32,000 bases of DNA, taken from contig CAVTBJ010000006.1 in the NCBI GenBank assembly GCA_963732925.1, positions 170,992 through 202,991 of the forward strand, in the 5' to 3' direction. Shown here in pieces: positions 15,537-25,150 of this stretch; position 1 is the stretch's first letter, and each line of letters opens with the position of its first letter. Source of the DNA: Terriglobia bacterium (GTDB lineage Bacteria > Acidobacteriota > Terriglobia > Terriglobales > Acidobacteriaceae). The notes beneath the pieces were generated by a model. That model saw nothing but the letters and a program-made list of their open reading frames with translations. It did no database searches and was not told where the DNA came from. The translations under genes were made by a program, and so were the position numbers.

Positions 15537-15696
15537 GCGTGATTTTCCTCCCAATCAAAGAATCCGAAAGATTTTGACTGCCAGGCACATGAAGGGCCCT
15601 TCCTCATACGTATTTTCGTATTGAGCAACATACTTTGAACTACAGTTAACAATGAAGACCGGCAGCGGTCAACATGAAGAGTGGAGGACGCGAATC

Positions 15697-15939
15697 ATGA
15701 AAAAGCTGGATGTCATCGCAGCAGTACTCCTGGTGATCGGCGGTTTGAATTGGGCATTGGTGGGCGCAGCACGATTCGATCTGGTGGCTGCAGTCTTCGG
15801 CATGCGCTTTGGCGAAACGTCTGCGCTCAGCGCGGTGGTGTATCTGCTGGTCGGGTTGTCGGCCCTGTATCAGGCCGTTTCCTGGAAGGCGATCCAACGG
15901 CGCTGGAGCGCTGCTCCCGAACTAGCCAGGGCGCGCTAA
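15697..15939 (+). CDS. DUF378 family small membrane protein
   Basis: MKKLDVIAAVLLVIGGLNWALVGAARFDLVAAVFG...VVYLLVGLSALY is the characteristic two-TM DUF378 pattern. GGAGGA lies 8 nt upstream of ATG 15697. Confidence 0.8.
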   Translation: MKKLDVIAAVLLVIGGLNWALVGAARFDLVAAVFGMRFGETSALSAVVYLLVGLSALYQAVSWKAIQRRWSAAPELARAR

Positions 15940-15996
15940 ACCCAATGAGCGGGAGGACGGATCCCGTTCCCCGCTCCTACTTTTTCAGCAGAACAG

Positions 15997-17388
15997 ATGA
16001 ACACCATAGAGAAATGGAGTCACGATCCGCGAGTGACTGTCAGGCGACCTGGTATGCCCAATGCTGGCGGCCATTGCGTTGTCTACTGGATGCAACGAGC
16101 TCAGCGAGCATTCGACAATCCCGCGCTCGATGTCGCGGTAAGCTTCGCAAACGAGCTGCAAAAACCAGTGGTGGTGTTCTTTGCCGCACCCGTTCCGTTC
16201 TGTCCCAATGCGAATGATCGTCATTGCCGTTTCCTGGCTGACGGTATCCCCGACATCGCAAAAGGACTGGCAAAGCGCCAAATCGGGCTGGTGTTTCAGC
16301 GCTACCCGGAGCACAGCCTGCTGAACTTCTGCTCGGAGGTGAACCCGTGCTTGGTAATCGGCGACGAGAACCCATTGCGGGAGCCAGAACACTGGCGCAG
16401 CAAGGTGAGCAGGGATCTTCGAGTTCCTTTCTGGACGGTGGATGCTGACGTGGTCGTTCCGTCCAAGTTGCTGGAAAAGGCGCACTATGGCGCGCGCACC
16501 ATTCGCCCGCGCCTCGCTCAACTCCTTCCACAATTCTTGCGCCCACAGGACAATTCGGCAGCTCGTGTTGCGTGGAGGCTTCCCGCTCGACTGAGAGCGC
16601 AAAATTGGGAAGATGACTTCACTGCCAACCGGACGGTCAATCGAGACGTAGCTCCCATTGGGGGGTGGCACGGCGGCAGCACGGAAGGCATGCGGCGGCT
16701 GAAGCTTTTTCTTGATAGAGGTCTCGCTGGCTACGCAGACCACCGCGCACGGCCGGAAGTCGACGGCACCAGCCGGCTCTCCGCTTATCTTCATTTCGGC
16801 CATCTTGGCCCGCACACAATTGCATGGGCGGTCAAAACCGCGGATGCCCCTCAGGTGGCACGGGAAGCATTTCTCGAACAATTGATCGTACGGCGCGAAC
16901 TGGCAGTGAACTTCGTTCGTTTCAATCCCATGTACGACTCCATGGAGTGCCTGGAGCCCTGGGCGGACCGGTCGCTTGCCCAACACGCGTTCGATCGGCG
17001 GCCGATCTTGTATAGCGAAAAAGAGTTGCAGAACGCGGAAACGCACGATCCGTTGTGGAACGCCGCTCAGAAGCAGTTGTTGCTTACTGGCTGGATGCAC
17101 AACTATTTACGTATGTACTGGGCCAAGAAAATCCTGGAATGGAGTCCCTCAGTCGTATTGGCGTACCAGCGAGCGATCTGGCTCAACGATTGCTACCAAC
17201 TAGATGGTCGGGACCCGAACGGTTATGCGGGAATCGCTTGGGCCATCGTGGGCAAGCACGATCGGCCATGGTTTGAGCGGCCAATCTTTGGACACGTGCG
17301 ATACATGTCGCTGGCCGGTACAGGACGCAAATTCGATTCGAAAAGGTACATCGAGCAAATCAACGAACTGGAGCGATCGCATGTTTAG
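15997..17388 (+). CDS. phr: Deoxyribodipyrimidine photolyase, class II CPD type
   Basis: Class II signatures are present: VVYWMQRAQRAFDNPALDVA, FLEQLIVRRELAVNF, WNAAQKQLLLTGWMHNYLRMYWAKKILEW, LNDCYQLDGRDPNGYAGIAWAIVGKHDRPWFERPIFGHVRYMS. Confidence 0.9.
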   Translation: MNTIEKWSHDPRVTVRRPGMPNAGGHCVVYWMQRAQRAFDNPALDVAVSFANELQKPVVVFFAAPVPFCPNANDRHCRFLADGIPDIAKGLAKRQIGLVFQRYPEHSLLNFCSEVNPCLVIGDENPLREPEHWRSKVSRDLRVPFWTVDADVVVPSKLLEKAHYGARTIRPRLAQLLPQFLRPQDNSAARVAWRLPARLRAQNWEDDFTANRTVNRDVAPIGGWHGGSTEGMRRLKLFLDRGLAGYADHRARPEVDGTSRLSAYLHFGHLGPHTIAWAVKTADAPQVAREAFLEQLIVRRELAVNFVRFNPMYDSMECLEPWADRSLAQHAFDRRPILYSEKELQNAETHDPLWNAAQKQLLLTGWMHNYLRMYWAKKILEWSPSVVLAYQRAIWLNDCYQLDGRDPNGYAGIAWAIVGKHDRPWFERPIFGHVRYMSLAGTGRKFDSKRYIEQINELERSHV

Positions 17389-17863
17389 AGCGGGAATCGG
17401 CTTATGCGTGTTCGTCGCCATCTGTTTTTTGGCCGCTGGGATTGGGTCGTGGTTCACCGCCGCCTCGGTGAAGTCCTGGTATCCCGGTCTAATGAAGCCC
17501 GCGGGCACTCCGCCTGCATGGGTATTTGGCCCGGTTTGGTCGACGCTCTATTTGCTCATGGGCGTGGCCGCCTGGCTGGTCTGGCGGCAGCGAACCGTCG
17601 CGAATGTCACTATCGCTCTGGCGCTTTTTTTCGCCCAACTCGCCCTCAATACAACATGGTCGTTCGTGTTCTTCGGCTTGCGGCAACCAGGGCTGGCACT
17701 GCTCGACATTCTTGCTCTGCTCGGCGCGATCGTTGCAACGATGACGACTTTTGTTCAACTTTACCGGCCGGCATTTTGGCTGATGACGCCGTACGCGGCC
17801 TGGGTTCTATACGCCACTTACTTGAATTTTGGTATTTGGCGGCTTAACAGAGGTACTCCATGA
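17381..17863 (+). CDS. tspO: TspO/MBR family tryptophan-rich sensory protein
   Basis: SWYPGLMKPAGTPPAWVFGPVWSTLYLLMGVAAWLVW, NTTWSFVFFG and YAAWVLYATYLNFGIWRLN are typical TspO segments. ATG 17381 overlaps the photolyase 3' end by 8 nt. Confidence 0.9.
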   Translation: MFRAGIGLCVFVAICFLAAGIGSWFTAASVKSWYPGLMKPAGTPPAWVFGPVWSTLYLLMGVAAWLVWRQRTVANVTIALALFFAQLALNTTWSFVFFGLRQPGLALLDILALLGAIVATMTTFVQLYRPAFWLMTPYAAWVLYATYLNFGIWRLNRGTP

Positions 17864-18951
17864 AGATCCTTGTTAGCGGTGCCTCCGGTTACATCGGGAG
17901 GCAACTTGCGGAACGACTGCTTGCCGACGGGCACGAAGTTATCTGCATGGTGCGTAACGCTGCTCGCGCGAACCTCATAACTGCTGAACGCAGCGGAATT
18001 GTGGAAGCCGATGTGTTGCGTCCCGAAACGCTGGTGACGGCCCTCGACGGTATCGAGGTCGCATACTACCTGATCCACTCCATGTCGGGGCGGAAGGGCG
18101 GGTTCGAAGAACGCGACCGCCGGGCCGCGTACAATTTCGCGACCGCCGCGAAACGCGCTGGCGTCCGCAAAGTGATCTACTTGGGCGGCCTCGCGGCAGC
18201 AGGCGCTCCCGTTTCGGAGCACCTGAAGAGCCGCCATGAAACCGGCGCAGTATTGCGCAAGTTCGGTCCGCCGCTTACCGAGTTCCGCGCTGGCATCATC
18301 GTCGGGAACGGAAGTACTTCGTTCGAGATCATGCGCTGCCTCACTGAGCGCCTGCCGGTTATGATTTGCCCTCGCTGGGTGACCACCCGAACGCAGCCCA
18401 TCGCAGTAGATGATGTCCTCGCTTACCTGATTGCCGCGCTCCGACTGGGCGGGTGCGTCGAACAACCGATCGAAATCGGCGGTGCAACCGTGGAAACCTT
18501 CCGGAGCATGATGCTTGGCTACGCCCGTCGTCGCGGCTTGAAACGATGGCTCATTCGGGTGCCGCTGCTTACTCCGCGCCTTTCTTCGTACTGGCTTGAT
18601 CTGGTAACTTCCTTTTCGCCCGCCGTGTCACGTCCCCTCATCGAAGGAATGAGAAGCGAGTCGGTGTGCACGACGACCCTGGCGGCGCACCTATTCCCTG
18701 CTATCCAGCCGATCTCATACAACGCCGCTCTGCGAAAGTGTTTAGAGCGGTCAGCGCCGGCACTGCCCTTGCCGAAAACGGCTGGGGCACACTTCACGAT
18801 TCGCGAACAGGGCATCATTTGTGAGATTCGGAGTTACGCCGTGAACGCTTCAGCCGAGCAATTTTTGCAGTTGTTGCCGGGATGGGCGGCAGCAATGGCT
18901 GGTTTTATGGCAACTTCTTATGGCGCATGCGTGGCCTTTTTGACCGTTTGA
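17860..18951 (+). CDS. NAD(P)-binding SDR/NmrA-like protein (N-terminal part of a probable split SDR-DUF2867 gene)
   Basis: The Rossmann N-terminus is MKILVSGASGYIGRQLAERLLADGHEVICMVRN. The ATG overlaps the TspO stop codon (ATGA at 17860-17863). The last 23 codons (WAAAMAGFMATSYGACVAFLTV) look like out-of-frame read-through. Confidence 0.8.
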   Translation: MKILVSGASGYIGRQLAERLLADGHEVICMVRNAARANLITAERSGIVEADVLRPETLVTALDGIEVAYYLIHSMSGRKGGFEERDRRAAYNFATAAKRAGVRKVIYLGGLAAAGAPVSEHLKSRHETGAVLRKFGPPLTEFRAGIIVGNGSTSFEIMRCLTERLPVMICPRWVTTRTQPIAVDDVLAYLIAALRLGGCVEQPIEIGGATVETFRSMMLGYARRRGLKRWLIRVPLLTPRLSSYWLDLVTSFSPAVSRPLIEGMRSESVCTTTLAAHLFPAIQPISYNAALRKCLERSAPALPLPKTAGAHFTIREQGIICEIRSYAVNASAEQFLQLLPGWAAAMAGFMATSYGACVAFLTV

Positions 18952-19313
18952 TCGGAGGTGCCGGTATGTCCCGTGGGCGATCAAGGGCAACCGGGTTGCA
19001 GGCCGGCGACGTAATCGACTTTTGGCGAGTCGAGCGGGTCGAAGTGCCACGGTCAGTGCTTTTGAGAGCAGAAATGAAAGTTCCCGGTGAGGCGTGGCTG
19101 GAGTTTGTCATCACGGCGGAAACATCCTGCCGCGCAACCATTGCGTGTCGCGCCTGGTTTGAACCCCGGGGTCTGCTGGGCGAAATCTACTGGTGGGTCT
19201 TGTATCCAATTCACTTTCTCGTTTTTCGCGGAATGATGCGCAGCATTCGACAACGGGCGGAAACAGGTGCATCGTCGTTCACCGCGAATTTGCCGAACCC
19301 GGCCAGCAGGTGA
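18882..19313 (+). CDS. DUF2867 domain protein (C-terminal part of the probable split gene)
   Basis: MGGSNGWFYGNFLWRMRGLFDRLIGGAGMSRGR...GDVIDFWRVERVE...LLRAEMKVPGEAWLEF...YWWVLYPIHFLVFRGMM is the pattern I associate with the C-terminal DUF2867 region of SDR-DUF2867 fusion proteins. It overlaps the previous ORF by 70 nt in another frame. Confidence 0.7.
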   Translation: MGGSNGWFYGNFLWRMRGLFDRLIGGAGMSRGRSRATGLQAGDVIDFWRVERVEVPRSVLLRAEMKVPGEAWLEFVITAETSCRATIACRAWFEPRGLLGEIYWWVLYPIHFLVFRGMMRSIRQRAETGASSFTANLPNPASR

Positions 19314-19559
19314 AACGACAACCTGCCAACAACCTCGCGACTTGCGTGAAGGCTCGTGATCCGTCAAGTGCGCGTGGACCGCTCCATCGCCAGATGCGCA
19401 AAGCCACCATGGTGCGCCGGTCGCTTCCTGATCTCACCGGCAAGGAAGTCGTTCGACGCCTTTGCTCTGCCCTTTGCTAATGCAGGCTCTCGTTCGACCT
19501 CAACGCCAAGACCGGCGGTCGACAGCACCACATATATCTTTCCGAACGTGCAGTTCAGT

Positions 19560-22500
19560 TCACCAGACGACGCGCACAGCAAATTGCACCTGTCTTGCGG
19601 CAGTGTCGGTGGAACTAATTACGCCGGCGCTGGTGATAGGAGTTCCGGAGGAATCGAAGACGTCGCGGCTCGTTAGAGGCGCGCTGAAGTTGCTGCGGTT
19701 GAGCACATTGAAGAATTCGGCGCGGAACTGCACGTTGAACGTTCGCGAGATGGATGGAATGAAGTTGTTCTTGAATACTGAGGAGTTCAGCGTAATCAGG
19801 CCCGGGCCGATCAACGTATTCCGGCCGAGATTACCGCGCAACGTCAACGGATTGGGCGCGGCGAAACACTCTGTCTTGATGTAATGCCGGGAATTGCCGG
19901 GGTTGGTCAGCGAGTGGCATCCCGGACCAGTGAGTACATTGGGGACTGCAATGCTGGTATCTGTGCTTTTCGTCCCTAGCGGGTCGCCAGCGATTCCGGC
20001 GGTGAAAGGAACTCCGCTGCTCGCCTCCAGAATTCCGCCCATTTGCCATCCGCTCAAAGCCCAACCTAACAGTGAATGGTCGCGGTGACGCCTGGGAAAT
20101 TCCCAGTTATAAAGCACGCGCAGGTTGTGCGTGATATTGAAATCGGAAAGGCCGCGGTTGAGCCGGGGATCAAACCAAAGCGGGCTGGAGAGCGCATTCG
20201 TGTATTCGGTTGGGGTGATGGAACTGGAGCCATCGTCGATCGACTTGCCCCAAGTGTAGGTCGCGGTGACCTGGGCGGATTCCATAAGGCGCTTACGGAC
20301 CTGCAGAACGAGCGCGTGATAGCTGGAGCTTCCCGTCCAGAATACGGAATCAATACGGCCCACCGCAGGGTTGAGGCGCGTGCCCGTGCCCGGCACGGGC
20401 CACAAATAACCTTGGGTAGTCGCCAGCGGCATGACGATATCGGCATCCTGAACAAGGAACAAGTCGTGAACACCACGGGAGCCGACGTACCCCGTCTTGA
20501 CCTGCGTCTGGCCGGGAAACTGCCGCTGGATGGTGAGATTCCACTGCATTACGTAATTGCGTCCCGGGTTCTGCTGGTAGTGCACTTCCCTTGCGCCGGT
20601 GGAGCCCACAGCAACCGCCGTGTTCCAAATCTGGTTGGGGAAGGAACCGGCGGGGAGATTGCCTGCCTGGCTGGTAAGGTTCGCAGTGGGAAAGTAGGGA
20701 TCGCTGAAGAGCTGCCCGGTTTGAAATTCGTAGGGTAGCGGCAGGGCATCAAAGATGCCGAACCCGGAACTGACCACGGTCTTGCCGCTATGGAAGGGAT
20801 CCCAGGCAAAGCCCACGCGGGGCTCGAAATTGCGCAGCGTAGGATTCTGAATCAGGGGTTTGCCGGTGTCAGGCTGCGCGTCGGTGAGATTGCGCAATAC
20901 GGTGAGATAACCGTGGACTTCACTGAGGTCGCTCGCCATCTCGTAACGCAGCCCAAGCGTCGCCGTGAAGTTCGAGCGCAAGCGCCATTCATCCAGAAAA
21001 TACGCGCCCAGGACCGTCTGGCGAAACCCGCGCATGGGGCTGTTCTGGTTGAGCGGCCCGCGAAAACCGTCGGGCTTGTTGGTGAGAAAGTTCACCAGCG
21101 TGTTGAAGATGAAACGGCCATCGGGATCGGTCACCGAGACCATGTTGTCGCGCATGCGTTCCATGTTGACGCCCCACTTCAAAACATGATTGCCCCGAGT
21201 AGTGGAAAGGCCTTCATACGCCTGAATTGACGTCCAGCGAAACACTCCCTGGGGCGGGGCACCTAATCCGCCGTGGAAATCCGTGAGTCCCGCCACCTGA
21301 ATGTTGGGGGCCGCCTTACCGGGCAGCGCCCCGAAGGACAAGTCGCCGATGAGCGGATTCACCGGCAGCGTGGCTCCCGTATTCACTTCCATGCGGTTTA
21401 TGCCAAAGCGGAATGCGCTCACCGTTTGCGGGCTGAGGTTGCGCGTGTAGCCAACTGTGAAAAAGCGCTGGCGGGAGTCGCTGGCGTAAATCTTGGAATT
21501 GAAATTATCGGGCTGCCAGATAATGCCGCGATCCCACATGTAGACTCCGTAGAGAGAGCTTTTTTCCGAGAACTTCGCATCCACGCGATTGGCAATGTGA
21601 TCACCGGGAGCGACTCTCTGCCCGCTGACCGCCCACAACCCAGTGTCTCCATTACCGAGAGGGCCGCGATTGGGTAGCGGATAAAAGGCTTCGAGAAACC
21701 GGCGAACGGCAGGGTCAACGGTAATGGCTCCGCTGGAAAGTGCTCCGTCACGCGCCGCCTGCGAGGGAACGGTACGAACGTTGGCAACGCCCTGCGACTG
21801 ACGCACGCCTTCGTAGTTTCCGAAGATGTAGATCTTATCTTTCCAGACCGGACCTCCGGCGGAGGCGCCGAACTGATTGCGGCGCAACGGGGCCTTTTCA
21901 TTATTAAAGTAGTTCTTCGCGTCGAACAGCGAGTTGCGAATGTAGTGAAACAGACTTCCATGAAAGGTATTCGTTCCGGAGCGAGTCGCCGAACTGATCA
22001 CGCCTCCGGTAGAACGCCCATACTGTGGCTCATCATTCCGGGTGAGCACGGAAAGCTGCTCCAGAGCCTCGACTCCGAGGCTGAGCCCGGTGGCGCTGCC
22101 CAAGGGACCGTTGGCATGGTCGTTGACACTGATGCCGTCGAGGACGGAATCGTTCTGGCGCGGGCGGCCTCCGAAGATGGCCATTTGCGAGCCATAACCC
22201 TGGGTACCATTGCCGCTGGTCTGGGTGCGCGCCCGCATGACTCCCGGCTCCAGCGCGGCCACGTCCGATGCGGAGCGCCCGTTCAGCGGCAAGTTTCCCA
22301 CTTGGCGGCGATTCATTCCTTCGCCCGGCGCGGTAGCGAGGGAGAAATTCCCTTCCGGCTGGGAAGAAATCATCACGAAATCAACGGTAGGATTCAGCCC
22401 CGGTTGGATCGTAACCGGAAGCTGCGACTCTTGAAATCCGGTGGCACTAACTGTAATCCGGTATTTTCCCGGAAGCACCCCGCCAACATTGTATTCACCA

Positions 22501-22727
22501 TTGCTGGCGCTGCGGGCAGGATCGTGTTGTGCGCCATCGGAGACGCTGGTAAGAACGATGCTGGCACCGGAGACGGGCGCGCCGGACTTCGTGCGTATGG
22601 TTCCGCTCACCCTCTGGCCGTCAGTTCCGAAAGCGGTTACGACCGCAAGCGGAAGCACAAGAAAAACCAAAAACCAACGAGAACCCTGAACGACTCGATT
22701 TGAGCCGCTAACAGCGATCATGTTCAT
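19560..22727 (-). CDS. TonB-dependent receptor-like outer-membrane protein with N-terminal carboxypeptidase-regulatory-like domain
   Basis: A signal peptide is followed by a CarboxypepD_reg-like domain (VSGTIRTKSGAPVSGASIVLTSV...GEYNVGGVLPGKYRITVSATGFQ). The plug region reads VLDGISVNDH...EPQYGRSTGGVISSATRSGTNTFHGSLF. The barrel ends in the aromatic C-terminus VRVVW. Confidence 0.9.
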   Translation of the reverse strand: MNMIAVSGSNRVVQGSRWFLVFLVLPLAVVTAFGTDGQRVSGTIRTKSGAPVSGASIVLTSVSDGAQHDPARSASNGEYNVGGVLPGKYRITVSATGFQESQLPVTIQPGLNPTVDFVMISSQPEGNFSLATAPGEGMNRRQVGNLPLNGRSASDVAALEPGVMRARTQTSGNGTQGYGSQMAIFGGRPRQNDSVLDGISVNDHANGPLGSATGLSLGVEALEQLSVLTRNDEPQYGRSTGGVISSATRSGTNTFHGSLFHYIRNSLFDAKNYFNNEKAPLRRNQFGASAGGPVWKDKIYIFGNYEGVRQSQGVANVRTVPSQAARDGALSSGAITVDPAVRRFLEAFYPLPNRGPLGNGDTGLWAVSGQRVAPGDHIANRVDAKFSEKSSLYGVYMWDRGIIWQPDNFNSKIYASDSRQRFFTVGYTRNLSPQTVSAFRFGINRMEVNTGATLPVNPLIGDLSFGALPGKAAPNIQVAGLTDFHGGLGAPPQGVFRWTSIQAYEGLSTTRGNHVLKWGVNMERMRDNMVSVTDPDGRFIFNTLVNFLTNKPDGFRGPLNQNSPMRGFRQTVLGAYFLDEWRLRSNFTATLGLRYEMASDLSEVHGYLTVLRNLTDAQPDTGKPLIQNPTLRNFEPRVGFAWDPFHSGKTVVSSGFGIFDALPLPYEFQTGQLFSDPYFPTANLTSQAGNLPAGSFPNQIWNTAVAVGSTGAREVHYQQNPGRNYVMQWNLTIQRQFPGQTQVKTGYVGSRGVHDLFLVQDADIVMPLATTQGYLWPVPGTGTRLNPAVGRIDSVFWTGSSSYHALVLQVRKRLMESAQVTATYTWGKSIDDGSSSITPTEYTNALSSPLWFDPRLNRGLSDFNITHNLRVLYNWEFPRRHRDHSLLGWALSGWQMGGILEASSGVPFTAGIAGDPLGTKSTDTSIAVPNVLTGPGCHSLTNPGNSRHYIKTECFAAPNPLTLRGNLGRNTLIGPGLITLNSSVFKNNFIPSISRTFNVQFRAEFFNVLNRSNFSAPLTSRDVFDSSGTPITSAGVISSTDTAARQVQFAVRVVW

Positions 22728-22838
22728 ACCCGTGCGATCTGTAGTGTCGGCCCAGACGTGGACTGCAGACAGCAGTTCCTAACGAAGGGAAATTCAGGTC
22801 ATCTGCAGTAGTCTTGTTGGGCAAAGGCATGTGGTCAT

Positions 22839-24866
22839 TCACTTCGCCGAGGCGCGACTGGTCCTAGCAGTAGCTCCCTTTCCGCTGCCCCAGAAGATGT
22901 ACGTACCCCGGTCGGTCGAAGTGATAATGTCCACGGCGCCATCATGATTCAGATCGGTGGCCACGATGTTGGAACCTACGCCGGAGCGGTTGTGAATCAG
23001 TTCGGGCAGAAATTCAGCTCCTCCGGGAGCCTGGGGATTGCGCACGGTGCGGTACCAGTACAGCACGCCGGGTCCAAACGGATCAGGATCGCTATATGTT
23101 GCCAGGTGCGAGAAGTGACGCTTGCCCACGATGAGATCCGGAATGCCGTCTCCATCGATATCAGCGAAGGTCGACCCGTGGGGCTCCGTGAAGATAACGT
23201 TGCCGGCATTCTTCGTCTGAAAGTCATCCATGATCATGTGGCGCACAAAGGAAATCTTCCCGTCGGCGCTTCTTTTCTGCTCGAACCATGCCAAACCAAA
23301 CCCGTGCGCCTCCAGGCTGGTGACCACATCGTTCAGCCCATCACCATTCACATCGTACACGCCCATTTCACCCCCTCCGGCGTGACCTTGCGACTTGCCC
23401 CAACGTCCAAATGCCACAGGATGGTAGGTCCATAGTTTCTCGCCATTAGCGTGCGCCGGCTGTTCCCACCATCCATAGGCGGAAACGATGTCCAGGCGCC
23501 CGTCTCCGTTGATATCACCCACACCGATCCCGTGCGCGTTATTCGCGCCCCAAGGACCGGGTTCGGAGATGGGGGTCAGGGTCCAAGGGATCGTCGGTGA
23601 AGCCGGATTCGGGCGAGCGAGAACGATTGTTCCACCTGGAATCGACATTATGATTTCTGGCTTGCCGTCGCCGTCCACATCTCGCAAGAGACTCTCTTCA
23701 ATCCACACATCGGGAGTGACGACGTAGCGGTCCCAGCGCTTCGACTGCCCCGCCGGATTGACGTACAGCACACCAGGGCCAACTCCGTTATTGCCGGTGG
23801 CGCACCACTCATCGGGCCATCCGTCCCCAGTGAAGTCGTAGGCAAAGTTCACCATGCAGCCGCGCGCGTATTCGGTAGATGGATTGTAAGTTTCGGAGAT
23901 GTAGATTTCCCTGGCTTCCGTGTAGTCGGGGCCGAGGTAGTACAGAGGTCCTGCAACGATGTCAGGAATACCATCGCGGTTGACATCGGCAACGGCTGCC
24001 GACCAGGAACGATAAAATTCGTCCAGCCGTTGCGCACGGAAATGGCTGGAAACCTGCTCTTTGGGAAACAGCCGCCGGTTCAGGTCTTTGTAGCCGATAT
24101 CCTTGAAGTGCACTTCGCCTGTGCCACCCACATAAAGCGCGAAGGGGCCGAAATTTCTGGCATCCACGTCGATGTCGCCAGTCGCGCTCGCCATCGGACC
24201 TTCGTTGAGAATCGTGCGGGCATTACCGGCGTCGACATTGATCTCAAGTTCGTTCCATCCATCCGGGTGGTAAGTGCCCGCGGGACGCTCACGTGGAATA
24301 TCTGGCATCAGATCCACATTGGCCGGAGCAGGAGGAAAATCGAAATACCTGCTGCTGTGACTGGGAGGCAGTTCCGGATACATGTAGCTCGCTTCATCGT
24401 AACGGTCATGGCCTGGCCCTTGCAGTTTTACCCGGCTCAGTTCTCGGCCTTCGGAATCGAGCGTGACCTGATAGGCGCCCAGATTGCCGTCAACCATCGA
24501 AACCAATACGCCAGTCATGCCACCGTCCGGCGTCTTCTCAGCACGAAACAGCAGGCCAGTCTTACATCCGGCAGCACAGCGGAATTGCGTGTAGAGGACA
24601 ACATCCTGGTAGGATTGGTCGAGGATAAGCCACCCGCCTGCGGGCTGCCTCGGAGTACCGACGATCTCGCCGTCCTGCGCCCGCCAGTCGGCTTGCCCGA
24701 GAGCATGCCATCCATTGAGACTGGAACCGCTGAACGCGACATCGGGCACAAACGTTCTTGGCGCTGCCAATGCTCCCGAAACAAGCAAAATCATCACACC
24801 GAGCGTAGCGAACAAACAAAGCCAGCGGCACTTGAAAGTGGCTTTGCGGCAAAAATCAATCTCCAT
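22839..24866 (-). CDS. Secreted DUF1080 (3-keto-disaccharide hydrolase-like) plus FG-GAP/VCBS beta-propeller repeat protein, paralog 1
   Basis: The N-terminal ConA-like DUF1080 pattern is GWHALGQADWRAQDGEIVGTP...GGWLILDQSYQDVVLYTQFRC...GLLFRAEKT. Repeated FG-GAP-like DxNxDGxxD motifs follow (DVNRDGIPDIV, DFTGDGWPD, DVDGDGKPE, DINGDGRLD, DVNGDGLNDVV, DIDGDGIPDLIV, DLNHDGAVDII). I prefer ATG 24866 (GGGAGAGGG 5 nt upstream), which gives a signal peptide. Confidence 0.85.
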   Translation of the reverse strand: MEIDFCRKATFKCRWLCLFATLGVMILLVSGALAAPRTFVPDVAFSGSSLNGWHALGQADWRAQDGEIVGTPRQPAGGWLILDQSYQDVVLYTQFRCAAGCKTGLLFRAEKTPDGGMTGVLVSMVDGNLGAYQVTLDSEGRELSRVKLQGPGHDRYDEASYMYPELPPSHSSRYFDFPPAPANVDLMPDIPRERPAGTYHPDGWNELEINVDAGNARTILNEGPMASATGDIDVDARNFGPFALYVGGTGEVHFKDIGYKDLNRRLFPKEQVSSHFRAQRLDEFYRSWSAAVADVNRDGIPDIVAGPLYYLGPDYTEAREIYISETYNPSTEYARGCMVNFAYDFTGDGWPDEWCATGNNGVGPGVLYVNPAGQSKRWDRYVVTPDVWIEESLLRDVDGDGKPEIIMSIPGGTIVLARPNPASPTIPWTLTPISEPGPWGANNAHGIGVGDINGDGRLDIVSAYGWWEQPAHANGEKLWTYHPVAFGRWGKSQGHAGGGEMGVYDVNGDGLNDVVTSLEAHGFGLAWFEQKRSADGKISFVRHMIMDDFQTKNAGNVIFTEPHGSTFADIDGDGIPDLIVGKRHFSHLATYSDPDPFGPGVLYWYRTVRNPQAPGGAEFLPELIHNRSGVGSNIVATDLNHDGAVDIITSTDRGTYIFWGSGKGATARTSRASAK

Positions 24867-25150
24867 AACAACCCTCTCCCGGGCAGGTTCAGCGGGCAGC
24901 ATGCCTGTCCTCTTCTTAACACAAAGGTTATCGGCTGTTGCTCCCAGAAATTTTTGCCTTGTTGTCCGATAGCAAACATCCAGGAAACACGAGAGACGCA
25001 CAAATCTTATCGCCCGAGCGACCACAGCTTTGTGCTACGTTTCATTTCGTTAAAGAAAATGGATGTGCCTTCTGCGCCTGAGCGATGTACCCTTCGCCAA
25101 TTGCGCACGTGTCGAATGTTTTAGAAATTCGCGGTAATCGCGCGAACTCT

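Noticed and set aside
15985-17100. 371-aa minus-strand ORF
   Set aside because: It is fully antisense to the well-supported class II photolyase gene. This is a typical long shadow ORF of GC-rich DNA, and its translation has no recognisable motifs.
20076-22703. Plus-strand ORFs of 220, 146, 134 and 252 aa inside 19560-22727
   Set aside because: These are shadow frames opposite the TonB-dependent receptor gene.
24030-25124. 364-aa plus-strand ORF; similarly 22944-23435 and 25412-25948 on the plus strand
   Set aside because: These are antisense to the DUF1080/FG-GAP genes, whose repeat motifs and signal peptides clearly identify the minus strand as coding.
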